Positions 1-11,192 are shown, counted from the stretch's first letter. The stretch is 64,000 bases of DNA from Eledone cirrhosa (GCA_964016885.1 OZ024744.1:79360001-79424000), one strand, 5' to 3'. Notes: generated by a model not told the origin, from the letters alone. A program made the numbers and translations.

Positions 1-953
1 TATATTATTAGAGAACTACATATCATATAACACGTACACACACGCAAAAATACACATAAATATATATATATACACACACTCACAAAATACACACCATATC
101 TAACTACGTATATAATATATACACACAAAGCATAAAGGATTTTTTTTATTTAATGTTATACACACTTTGTGTTATTAACATTTTTTTAATATATATATAT
201 ATAAATATATAAGAGTAGCTGTTATGTATTTATGGCTGTTAATTATGTCTATCTGCAATCAAATTGTATGGATATACACGTACATGTACACACATAATTC
301 TTACATATACATATATATACATGTATGTGTACCCTCAGCCAATAGGTAGATACGCGTCAGGCATACATACATACAGACAGACATATATTCATAAAAACGC
401 ATAGAACACATGTACATGTATGTCAATATACACATATACATATATACTCACATATAGAGAGAAGTATACATCAATATATTACATAATATAATTGAGTACA
501 TAAAATACAAAAGGATTATATTACAATTTGGAAATATAATTATATCAATATAACTTTAAAAGCAATACAATTTTAAAATATTATAGAATATTTTAAGTTA
601 AAATAATAGTATGTTTAATAGATTTAGTATAGAAATTTATCTTACGTATATTTAACTCAAAATATTGAAAAACTTTCGAAAATTATGAGAAGCTATCAGA
701 ATAAAAAAATAAAAATAACAATAAAAATAAAAATAATAAAAAATAAATAAAAAATAAAAAATAAGAAATAGTAAATATTTTCTCCTTTCAAGAGCTCTCA
801 ATATATTTCTCTAGAATAGTTTATTATATTTATATTTATATTTAGGAAGAAAAGTTATTTATACTTGAGTGTTTAACCAAAAAAAAGATGAAGGAATCTA
901 ATGATTTATCGACAGGTTTCATATATTAATAAAATTAATAAATTAATTATATA

Positions 954-2050
954 CTACATTTTAAATTTATATTTATATTTAAACGTTGAATTTAATCTAT
1001 GTCTGCAGCAACTGAATAAATTATTTCTTAAGTTCAGGGAATTTTTGGTCTTTAATATAAAGAATATTTCCTCTATACAAAGATCGCAATTTTCTGAAGA
1101 GGAGTTAAAAGGAGCAGCTTTTGGAATAATATTCCAAATCAGCGAATATTCAACGCTCTCTCGTTTTAGGTCCCATAATAGGCTAGATAGAGAAGTTGAA
1201 GATTTTTTGTTTGGATCTGTAAAAGAATTTTTATGATTATTGAAGCGGGATTTAAACTCTGTGGAAGTAGATCCTACATAATTAAATGAATTTAAATTAG
1301 TTTTTACATTACAATTATATACTACATTTTTAGCTAAGCAATTGTTATTTAGCGGACAGTTAGATTTATTTCTACAGTTACATTTATTCGATTGAATATT
1401 GCTTGGGTTATTATTGGTATTTTGGTTAGGTTTTAAATTTCTATTATTAATTCTATTGATATTTTGCGCTAAATTTTGGGTGGAAGAATAAGTTAATTTT
1501 ATAGTATGTCTATTAAAAATTGAGTAATATCTATGTGTTCTAGGGAAGCATTTGTCAAGAGCTTTAAAGAATAGTTTAGCAATAGGGGTTTTAATATTTA
1601 ATGAGAAAGGAGGAGCGAACCATAATATGTTCCTAGTTCTATTTCTTTTTCGGTTTTCTGAATTATTGTAAGGTTTTCTATTATAGTTGTTAAAATTGTT
1701 ACCATAGTTAAAATTGTTATTATTATGGTTAGTTGTTATATTATTATTATTATCGATGTATTTAATTTTATTTCTATACCCAGCTCTACCTAACGCTTCG
1801 TTGTAATAATGCGTTTTTTCATCAAATATATTCTTATTAGATGAAATTCTCGAAATTCGTTCTTGTACAGAGTTCACAATAGTATTTTTAACGGATCTGG
1901 GGGTGATTAGAGTTAAAATTGACATAATTTAAGTTCTCATTAAGTTTGTGAAATGGATAATGAAGACATGTGTTAAGAATTTGTTTTCTTTTTCTATTTA
2001 GTTCAGAGTTATTATTTTCTATAAGTAAAAGCATGTCGTCACGATATTGG
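954..2050 (-). pseudogene. Penelope-like element (PLE1) ORF remnant: internally deleted RT (YRDD) plus thumb, linker and GIY-YIG endonuclease
   Basis: ORF 954..1925 has WFAPPFS, CNCRNKSNCPLNNNC, VVY...YVGST...FKSRFNNH and CDLC, typical of the PLE endonuclease region. Upstream on the - strand, QYRDDMLL (~2050-2025) and YPFHKLNENLNYVNFNSNHP are RT motifs. Confidence 0.9.
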
Positions 2051-2120
2051 AGCTTCCAACAGTAATGGTTGCATTTTTTAAGGGTATGTCAATATTTATT
2101 TATAAAACTGATCTATATTG

Positions 2121-2185
2121 TATTTTGTCTGATGAAAGCATACCATAATTTAACGTGGTGTCCTTGAAATATGTATAATAAAATA
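2121..2185 (+). ncRNA. Type I hammerhead ribozyme motif in the probable inverted pLTR at the 5' end of PLE1
   Basis: tattttgt-CTGATGA-aagcatacca...tggtgtcctt-GAAA-tatgta-TA-ataaaata. Stem I is 8 bp, stem II is long, stem III is minimal. Confidence 0.75.
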
Positions 2186-2237
2186 AATATGGTTTTATAA
2201 ATATAGTTTCCATTTGTTAATATCGTATATATATATA

Positions 2238-3120
2238 TTAGCAGCGGAGGTGGATGTTCGGAAAGTACAATAACTAGGGTAAGAACGGGATGGAAGAAGT
2301 TCAGGGAGCTACTGCCACTGCTAGCTACAAAAGGCTTATACCTCAAAATGAAAAGCAGACTGTATGATGTGTGTATACGAACAACAATGCTACATGGTAG
2401 TGAGAGCTGAGCGCTGTCTGTAGAAGACTTGCGTAGATTAGAAAGAAACGAAGCCTGCATGCTCCGATGGATGTGTAATAGTAATATGCGTGAACGGCAA
2501 AGCATAAACGAATTGAGAGAGAGACTGAGCATAAGAGGAATCAAATGCTGTGTGCAGGAGAGGCGGTTGCGTTGGTATGGACATGTGATACGTATGAAGG
2601 ATGACAGCTGCATAAAAAGGTGCAGAGCACTAGAAGTCGATGGAAGCCGCGGAATGGGGAGACCCAAGGAAACCTGGGATGAGGTGATAAAAGCCGACCA
2701 CACCCAATTACACTTCTCAAGGGCGATGACACACGAGTGGGACCTCTGGCGTCACGCAGTAATACAGAAGACCCCCCCCCCACGGGTACAAGCCGAAGCT
2801 GAAGCATATAGACAATATGCCCCCACACCCTCCCTCTGCAAAGTGGTCGTGGAGGTGCCACGGAAAAAAACACCCAGCCCACACTGTAAACTGGACGTGT
2901 AGGCGCCACGGAAAAAAAGCACCCACCACTCACTGTAAATGAGGTTGGTGTTAGGAAGGGCATCCAGCTGTAGAAATCAAGCCAAAATCAGTTCCCTTAT
3001 GAGCAAGACAAGGTCAGCCAACTGGACATTGCCCGCAACAGGACAACCCGTCTAACCCATGCTAGCATGGAAGAACGGACGTAAAACGGTGATGATGATA
3101 ATGATGATGATGATGATGAT
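2238..3120 (+). mobile_element. RTE-clade LINE, 5'-truncated (family A): C-terminal ORF, 3' UTR and (GAT)n tail
   Basis: MLRWMC...RRLRWYGHVIRM...GRPKETW, terminal ccatgctagcatgg hairpin and (GAT)n; near-identical to 9141-10870. Confidence 0.92.
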
Positions 3121-3136
3121 ATATATATATATATAT

Positions 3137-3238
3137 AAATTCAGGCTGTTCAGTTTGTTTACAAACGAACAAAGCGGCGTTATAATAAGCGTCCGCTAAA
3201 CTGATGCGTGCATATATGTATGTGTATCTGTATGTATA

Positions 3239-3304
<66 letters not shown>

Positions 3305-3360
3305 TGCTACTGTACGTCTGTATACATATATGTATGTACGTATACATACATACTTACATA
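3137..3360 (+). mobile_element. Diverged fragment related to the ~425-bp hammerhead-bearing non-coding unit
   Basis: Shares gtttgtttacaaac...ttataataa and tactgtacgtctgtatacatatatgtatgtacg with 21290-21430 and 43025-43165. Confidence 0.55.
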
Positions 3361-3737
3361 TATATATATATATATATATCATCATCATCATCATCACCGT
3401 TTTACGTCCGTTCTTCCATGCTAGCATGGGTTCCCATGCATTAATAGTGTTGGAGTGATTACCCCCACGTGTTTACTCTGCAAGGGAGGTAACGCCGTTT
3501 TTTGGCGGATGGATTCAGAATGTCAAAAATTATTACAAGAATTGCAAAAAACTGCACAAATCGTATTAAACTCTCGACCGGGTTGTTTTTAAATAAACAT
3601 AAGCAATTAATTAGTCAATTGAATGTCTAATAGAATTAACTAATTAATTGCTAGGCCCGGGAGATTAATACAAATATAATTTCAGCAAGATCGTATTTCG
3701 GCTGTGGTCAAAAACAAAACAAAACGCAATTTTCGAG

Positions 3738-3775
<38 letters not shown>

Positions 3776-3837
3776 TATAAATATATATATATATATATAG
3801 GTATATGAGAGCGTACCAAAATTTTGGTATCCTTGAA

Positions 3838-6100
3838 ATCATCATCACCGTTTTACGTCCGTTCTTCCATGCTAACATGGGTTAGACAGGTTGTCCTGTT
3901 GTGGGCAGTGTCTGGTCGGCTGACCATGCCTTGCTCATACAGGAACTGATTTGGCTTGATTTCTACAGCTGGATGCCCTTCCTGCTTTTTCGTGGCGCCT
4001 ACACGTCCACTTTACAGTGGGCTGGGTGCTTTTTTGCCGTGGCACCTCCACGACCACCTTGCAGTGGGGGGTGTGGGGGCATATTGTCTATATGCTTCAG
4101 CTTGTACCCATGCGAGGTCGGGTACTCTGTATTACTGCGTGACGCCAGAAGTCACGGTCGTGTGTCATCGCCTTTGAGAGGTGTAATTGGGTAAAGTCGG
4201 CTTTTATCACCTCATCCCAGGTCATCTTGGGTCTCCCCACTCCGCGGTTTCCATCGACTTCTAGTGCTCTGCACCTTTTTATGCAGCTGTCATCCTTCAT
4301 ACGTATCACATGTCCATACCAACGCAACCGCCTCTCCTGCACACAGCATTTGATTCCTCTTATGCTCAGTCTCTCTCTCAATTCATTTATGCTTTGTCGT
4401 TCGCGTATATTACTATTACACATCCATCGGAGCATGCAGGCTTCGTTTCTCTCTAATCTACGTAAGTCTTCCACCTTCAGCGCCCAGGTCTCACTACCAT
4501 GTAACATTGCTGTTCGGATACACGCATCATACAGTCTGCCTTTCATTTTGAGGGAGAAGCCTTTTGCAGCTAGCAGTGGCAGTAGTTCCCTGAACTTCTT
4601 CCATCCCGTTCTTACCCTAGTTATTGTACTTTCTGAACACGCACCTCCGCTGCTAATTCGGTCACCTAGGTAGCAGAAGCTGTCTACTGTCTCTACAGAG
4701 CCCTCCCAGAGATTGGTGGTACTTATTTCCTGTGGCTGTTTGCTGCTTGCTGTCCCAGTACAGCTGCTGCATGTGAAGCCTACATTCTTAATTAAGCTTC
4801 CTGAGATCCCGCTACATCTCTTGTGTACCCATTGTTTGCATTTGGGGCAGAGAAGGAGTTCCTACCTACACCTTTCCTACATACTGAGCAAGGCCATTTC
4901 CCTGAGGCCATCTGGGTTCTGTTTTCTCGTCTACTTACAAGGACCTTAGTCTTTGTCATGTTGACTTTGAAACCCTTTCTTTCTAGTCCCTGCTTCCAAG
5001 TTTGGAATTTCTTCTCTAGTTTTACCATAGATTCAGCTATAAGTGCGAGGTCATCAGCATACAGGAGTTCCCATGGGCATCCGGTCTTAAACTCCTCCGT
5101 TATTGCCTGCAGGACTATGATTAACAGGAGAGGGCTAAGAACAGAGCCCTGGTGGACCCCAACCTGTACGCGAAATTCCTCGCTATACTCATTGCTAATC
5201 CTAACTTTGCTGACTGTTCCCCTATACATGGCTTGTACAGCTTTCACAAGCCATTCATCTACCCCTAGTTTTCTAAGAGCCCACCAGATTACAACACGTG
5301 GAACTCTGTCAAAGGCTTTCTCGAGATCGACGAATGCCAGGTAGAGTGGCTTACTTTTAACTAGGTACTTTTCCTGTAACTGCCTCACAAGGAAGAAGGC
5401 GTCAGTGGTACCTCTTCCTGGTACAAACCCAAATTGCATCTCATCTAGTTTCACCCGGTCCCTAATCAACTGTGCTATAACTCTTTCTGTTACTTTCATG
5501 ACCAGGTCCATCAGCTTTCTACCTCTATAGTTTCCTCTATCTAGTGCATCACCTTTACCTTTGTAACAGTTGACAATGATGCTACTGCACCAATCTTTTG
5601 GTATGACACCTTCTAGTATTACCTGGTTAACAATACGTGTGGTTATAGTGTGACCTACAGACCCAGATGCCTTCAGCATCTCGGCAGCTATACCCGATGG
5701 ACCGGTTGCCTTCTCCATCTTCATATCTTTGATTGCCTTACTTACTACGTTGCTGCTGACTTGTACTGTTGGCCCCTCTATAGGGTCTACTTGGGGGTAG
5801 GGTCTCTTTTCCCCATGCATTCTCCTCATTTAGTAATCTATCATAATGACTCTTCCATGCATCTTTCTTCTCAGCACTTGTGAGGGCAAGCTCACCTTTA
5901 TCATTCCGGATACACTTCTCTCCAATGACATCACAATTCTCTCTGACACACTGCCTTGCAATCTTGAATACCTCCTGTTTCTGGTCCTCACGTTGCAAAA
6001 CATGCTTGAATTTTCTATCCTCTGCTGCCCTCCTAGCTAAGTATATTTGTTGCCTAGCTTCCCTCTTGGTCTCTATGTAATGTACCCTGCTCCCCCGTTC
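3838..6100 (-). mobile_element. RTE-clade LINE (family A), degenerate RT ORF with frameshifts plus 3' UTR
   Basis: ORF 4792..5829 has NYRG, QFGFVPGRGTTDA, AFVDLEKAFDRVP, GVHQGSVLSPLL and LLYADD. ORF 4097..4546 is the C-terminus; (GAT)n tail at ~3838. Confidence 0.95.
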
Positions 6101-6189
6101 TTAAATATATATAATAAAATAAATATGGTTTTATAAAGATAGTTTCCATGTTTTAATATCATTGATATAGGTATATGTATCTATGTGTA

Positions 6190-6765
6190 TCATCATCATC
6201 ATTGTTTAATGTCCATCTTCCGCGATAGCATGGGTTAGACCCTTTTGTTCCATTTGATGCGGGAATGGTCGGGGGACCATGTTTTGCTCGTACGGAAGTG
6301 TCTCTGGCAGATGTTTTACGGCTGGATGCCCTTCCTTACACCAACCACATTTACAGTGTGGACTGGGAGCCTTTTTACCGTGTCTCCTACACGACCACCT
6401 TACAGTGTGGACTATTGTGTCATTGACACAGTGGACGGAACGTAAATGGGAGGATAGGGTAGGGTGTATATTGGGTTAAGAGGTGCCTACTGACTTTAGG
6501 TTTAAGTTTGTATGTAAGGGAAGGCAGGCTTCTGTACAACTGCATGGTGACAAAGATCTCGCTCCAGTGACATTGTCTTAGAGAGGTGTAGGTGAGCAAG
6601 GTCAGTTTTTATCATCTCATCCCAAGTTTTTCTTGGTCTACCCACTCCGTAGCTTCCATCAATTTTCATTGCCCTGCACTTTTTTTATACATCTGTCATC
6701 CTTCATACGCATCACATGGCCATACCAATGCAATCTCCTCTTCAGAACACAACATTTGATATCTA
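6190..6765 (-). mobile_element. RTE-clade LINE 3' fragment (third, diverged family)
   Basis: Minus strand encodes RRLHWYGHVMRMKDD...GVGRPRKTWDE, followed by a 3' UTR with aggaagggcatccagccgtaaaa and (GAT)n. Confidence 0.85.
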
Positions 6766-7138
6766 TATATAATAAAAAACAGTGGACATAAAGAAAAGGT
6801 GAAGTTGGAAATAGCACGGAAAATATATTTTAGGGTCTGTTTTTCTTTTTTTTCCTTTGTTTGATTCATCAAAGTGACATTGATGAAAAAATTACATTAT
6901 TGAAAAAATGAGAGGGACAATTTTTTTTAAAAAAGAGTTTTATAATATATATAAAGTATATAAAGTATTATCGATTTCGATGTATTAATAAAATTCATCT
7001 TATCAAATGTTGAGTATTACAATTACAAAGAATTAATAAGAATTAAAAACTAAAAATTAAAGATTTAAAATTAAGTGTTGAGGTAAGTTTTTTTTCCATC
7101 TCCCTTGCTAAGAAGGGGACTGGAGCTATTTCCAACTT

Positions 7139-7287
<149 letters not shown>

Positions 7288-7508
7288 TGATATATATATA
7301 TATATATATATATAACTTTTTTTGCCTGTTTTTTTAGCTTGTGCTTTTTACTTATGCCTATTACATTTCCAACCAGTGCTGCCTGTAATAGTGTTCTTTC
7401 AAGCAGAATATCTTTTTAACTCCTGACTCTCCACATGATGCCTTTGACACTAATAACAATTATGTACCTTAAATGTTCTAAATTACTGGAATTTTAGTTA
7501 CTCCTTAT

Positions 7509-7553
7509 GCTCCGATGATTCCAGACCTCCCTCTGGAAGAAACAACTGTCAGC
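7509..7553 (+). ncRNA. Hammerhead-like motif with a U4>C core variant, followed by AATAAA (pLTR relic)
   Basis: gct-CCGATGA-ttccag acctccct ctggaa-GAAAC-aact-GTC-agc; 6-bp stem II. Confidence 0.5.
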
Positions 7554-7599
7554 TAATAAATGTTCTAAACTAAAATTCGATCGTTTTAACACTTTGTAT

Positions 7600-7630
<31 letters not shown>

Positions 7631-7921
7631 ACGTTTAACGTCCGTGTTCCACGCTTGCATGGGTTTGGACGGGGGTTTTCCCACTTGAGGCAAGAGTGAT
7701 TGTCTTGTTCGCATAGGACTATCTGGCGGGTTTTCTACAGCTGGATGCCCTTCCTAACACCAACCACATTTATAGTGTGGGGCTGGGAGGTTTTTACCGT
7801 GTTGCCTACACGGCCACATTACAGCATGGACTATCTGGCGGGTTTTCTACAGCTGGATGCCCTTCCTAACACCAACCACATTTACAGTGTGGGGCTGGGA
7901 GGTTTTTACCGTGTTGCCTAC
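7600..7921 (-). mobile_element. RTE family B 3' UTR fragment with a 112-bp internal tandem duplication
   Basis: Matches 21553-21990; (GAT)n tail at 7600-7630. Confidence 0.85.
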
Positions 7922-8019
7922 AATATATATATATTGCTGTTGTACAGATTGGACTTTCCTCCAGCAAGATCCTTAAAGACAATAATGTTTCTTCTCTGAA
8001 GATTCTGAAATGCATGACT

Positions 8020-8214
8020 TATAATTGTTTCCACTTTTGGCACAAGGCCAGCAATTATCTCAGTGTATTACTGGTACTTTATTTTATCGACCCCGTAAGG
8101 ATGAAAAACAAAGTTAACCTCGGCGGGATTTGAACTCAGAATGGCAAGGGCCGTAACTCTATATGTCAAAGCATGGCGTCCGACCCTCTACCGATACTGC
8201 CAATCCACTGCCTT
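8020..8214 (-). mobile_element. tRNA-derived Nin-domain SINE
   Basis: Reverse complement of 8447-8642: A box tggcagtatcgg, B box gagttcaaatcc, Nin-like body tcatccttacggggtcgataaaataaagtaccag. Confidence 0.8.
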
Positions 8215-8446
8215 TATAATGAATCTTATAATGATATATAAGCATACACACATATATAGACCTGTTATATTGTAATTGTACTTTAGATGAAACATACATT
8301 TATATAACAAAAATATATGGAGGAGAGGGCAATACATTTAACAACAAGATTTACTTCTCACACAGTGTTTCATCTAAAGTACAATTACAATATAACAGGT
8401 CTATATATATGTGTATGCTTATATATCATTATAAGATTCATTATAA

Positions 8447-8642
8447 AGGCAGTGGATTGGCAGTATCGGTAGAGGGTCGGACGCCATGCTTTGACATATA
8501 GAGTTACGGCCCTTGCTATTCTGAGTTCAAATCCCGCCGAGGATAACTTTGCTTTTCATCCTTACGGGGGTCGATAAAATAAAGTACCAGTAATACACTG
8601 GGATAATTGCTGGCCTTGTGCCAAAAGTGGAAACAATTATAA
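8447..8642 (+). mobile_element. tRNA-derived Nin-domain SINE
   Basis: Pol III A and B boxes, Nin-like central domain, tail ccttgtgccaaaagtggaaacaatta. Confidence 0.8.
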
Positions 8643-8691
8643 TTCATGCATTTCAGAATCTTCAGAGAAGAAACATTATTGTCTTTAAGGA

Positions 8692-8876
8692 TGGATTGGC
8701 AGTATCGGTGGAGGGTCGAACGTCATGCTTTCCAGCATAGTTACGTCCCTTTACGATCTGAGTTCAAATCCCGCCGAGGTTGACTTTGCCTTTCATCCTT
8801 ACGGGGTCGATAAAATAAAGTACCAGTAATGCACTGGGTAATTGCTGGCCTTGTGCCTAAAGTAGAAACAATTATT
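8692..8876 (+). mobile_element. Nin-domain SINE with 18-bp target-site duplication
   Basis: attattgtctttaaggat at 8675-8692 and 8871-8888 flanks the SINE. Confidence 0.85.
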
Positions 8877-8920
8877 GTCTTTAAGGATCTTGCTGGAGGA
8901 AAGTGCAATCTGTACAACAG

Positions 8921-8965
<45 letters not shown>

Positions 8966-8998
8966 AATAAGGGCGCTGCGGAGTTGCAAATGGGTTAC

Positions 8999-9102
8999 AT
9001 ATGAAAAAAGTTTGTCCTTCATCAGTGATCTTCCAACCATCATAGGCATTTAAAGCGATGAAATGCCTATGATGGTTGGAAGATCACTGATGGACAAACT
9101 TT

Positions 9103-9110
<8 letters not shown>
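8999..9110. repeat. Near-perfect fold-back (arms ~50 bp) between (TA)n tracts
   Basis: atatgaaaaaagtttgtcc..atcagtgatcttccaaccatcataggcattt is mirrored by aaatgcctatgatggttggaagatcactgatggacaaacttttttcatat. Confidence 0.85.
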
Positions 9111-9140
<30 letters not shown>

Positions 9141-9143
<3 letters not shown>

Positions 9144-10870
9144 GTATAAAGTTGATGGACCAGGTCATGAAAGTAACAGAAAGAGTTATAGCACAGCTGA
9201 TTAGGGACCGGGTGAATATAGACGAGATGCAATTTGGGTTTGTTCCAGGGAAAGGCACCACTGATGCGCTCTTCCTTGTGAGGCAATTACAGGAAAAGTA
9301 CCTAGCTAAAAGTAAGCCACTCTACTTGGCATTTGTCGACCTTGAGAAAGCCTTTGACAGAGTTCCACGTGCAGTAATCTGGTGGGCTCTTAGAAAACTA
9401 GGAGTAGATGAATGGCTTGTGAAAGCGGTACAAGCCATGTATAGGGGAGCAGTCAGCAAAGTTAGGATTGGCAATGAGTATAGCGAGGAATTTAGCGTAC
9501 AGGTTGGGGTCTACCAGGGCTCTGTTCTTAGCCCTCTCCTGTTCATCATAGTCCTGCAGGCAATAACGGAGGAGTTTAAGACCGGATGCCCATGGGAACT
9601 CCTGTATGCTGATGACCTCGCACTCATAGCTGAATCTATGGTAGAACTAGAGAATAAATTCCAAACCTGGAAGCAGGGACTAGAGAGAAAGGGCCTCAAA
9701 GTCAACATGACAAAGACTAAGGTCCTTATAAGTAGACGAGAAAACAGAACCCAGATCCCCTCAGGGAAATGGCCTTGCTCAGTATGTAGGAAAGGTGTAG
9801 GTAGGAACTCCATTCTTTGCCCCAAATGCAAACAATGGGTACACAAGAGATGTAGCGGGATCTCAGGAAGCTTAATTAAGAATGTAGGATTCACATGCAG
9901 CAGCTGTGCTGAAACAGCAAGCAAACAGCCACAGGAAACAAGTACCACCAATCTCTGGGAGGGCCCTGTAGAAACAGTAGACAGCTTCTGCTACCTAGGT
10001 GACCGAATTAGCAACGGAGGTGGGTGCTCAGAAAGTACAATAACTAGGGTAAGAACGGGATGGAAGAAGTTTAGGGAACTACTACCACTGCTAGCTGCAA
10101 AAGGCTTCTCCCTCAGAATGAAAGGCAGACTGTATGAGGCGTGTATCCGAACAGCGATGTTGCATGGTAGTGAGACCTGGGCGCTGAAGGTGGAAGACTT
10201 ACGTAGATTAGAGAGAAACGAAGCCTGCATGCTCCGATGGATGTGTAACAGTAATATACGTGAACGACAAAGCATAAATGAATTGAGAGAGAGACTGAGC
10301 ATAAGAGGAATCAAATGCTGCGTGCAGGAGAGGCGGTTACGCTGGTATGGACATGTGATGCGTATGAAGGATGACAGCTGCATAAAAAGGTGCAGAGCAC
10401 TAGAAGTTGATGGAAACCGCGGAGTGGGGAGACCCAAGATGACTTGGGATGAGGTGATAAGAGCCGACCTTACCCAACTACACCTCTCAAAGTCAATGAC
10501 ACACGACCGTGACTTCTGGCGTCACGCAGTAATACAGGGTACCCGACCTCCCATGGGTACATGCTGAAGCATATAAACAATATGCCCCCCCCCCCCCCCA
10601 CCGCAAGGTGGTCGTGGAGGTGCCACGGCAAAAAAGCACCCAGCCCACACTGTAAAGTGGACGTGTAGGCGCCACGAAAAAGCACCCAGCACTCACTGTA
10701 AATGAGGTTGGTGTTAGGAAGGGCATCCAGCTGTAGAAATCAAGCCAGATCAGTTCCTGTATGAGCAAGGCATGGTCAGCCGACCAGACACTGCCCACAA
10801 CAGAACAACCCGTCTAACCCATGCTAGCGTGGAAGAACGGACGTAAAACGGTGATGATGATGATGATGAT
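9141..10870 (+). mobile_element. RTE-clade LINE (family A), 5'-truncated, with 3' UTR and (GAT)n tail
   Basis: Starts abruptly after (TA)n; open RT-to-C-terminus frame; 3' UTR shared with 2238-3120 and 3838-4100. Confidence 0.95.
9152..10567 (+). CDS. RTE non-LTR reverse transcriptase (partial, 471 aa) with a C4HC3 PHD-like finger
   Basis: QFGF, DLEKAFD, QGSVLSPLLF, YADD, then CSVC-x10-CPKC-x4-HKRC-x13-CSSC, YLGD and RLRWYGH. Confidence 0.92.
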   Translation: MMDQVMKVTERVIAQLIRDRVNIDEMQFGFVPGKGTTDALFLVRQLQEKYLAKSKPLYLAFVDLEKAFDRVPRAVIWWALRKLGVDEWLVKAVQAMYRGAVSKVRIGNEYSEEFSVQVGVYQGSVLSPLLFIIVLQAITEEFKTGCPWELLYADDLALIAESMVELENKFQTWKQGLERKGLKVNMTKTKVLISRRENRTQIPSGKWPCSVCRKGVGRNSILCPKCKQWVHKRCSGISGSLIKNVGFTCSSCAETASKQPQETSTTNLWEGPVETVDSFCYLGDRISNGGGCSESTITRVRTGWKKFRELLPLLAAKGFSLRMKGRLYEACIRTAMLHGSETWALKVEDLRRLERNEACMLRWMCNSNIRERQSINELRERLSIRGIKCCVQERRLRWYGHVMRMKDDSCIKRCRALEVDGNRGVGRPKMTWDEVIRADLTQLHLSKSMTHDRDFWRHAVIQGTRPPMGTC

Positions 10871-11161
10871 AGAGAGAGAGAGAGAGAGAGAGCGTCTATG
10901 TGTGTGTTGTTGTTGTTGTTTACTTTGGTTTGTATTCCCTCCTTTCTATTAACTAGGAGGGGTGGAAGATGAGGAGGAGGAGGAGGGAAACGGTGAATGT
11001 GGGTGGGTTGAAGGAAAAGGAAAAGAAGGAAGTGGGGGGGGGGGGAGGAAGAATGAAAGACCAAGGTAGAGGTCAAGTGATTTGGGAATAAGGAGAGTGG
11101 AAAATGGTGGTGGTTGTGGTGGTGGTGGTGGGGACTTAGCAACAGGGATGGGTGTTTGTGT

Positions 11162-11192
<31 letters not shown>

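Noticed and set aside
7996-8017. CTGAAGA-ttct-GAAA-tgca-TG hammerhead-like core (twin at ~8645-8665)
   Set aside because: Position 17 is G and no stem I forms, even after removing the SINE.
8447-8540. SINE heads as tRNA genes
   Set aside because: A and B boxes are present but there is no full cloverleaf, and they run into SINE bodies.
10640-10712. Twister ribozyme upstream of aggaagggcatcc
   Set aside because: Only loose resemblance (cccagccc...taaagtgg); the conserved UAA and GCC core and pseudoknots could not be assigned.
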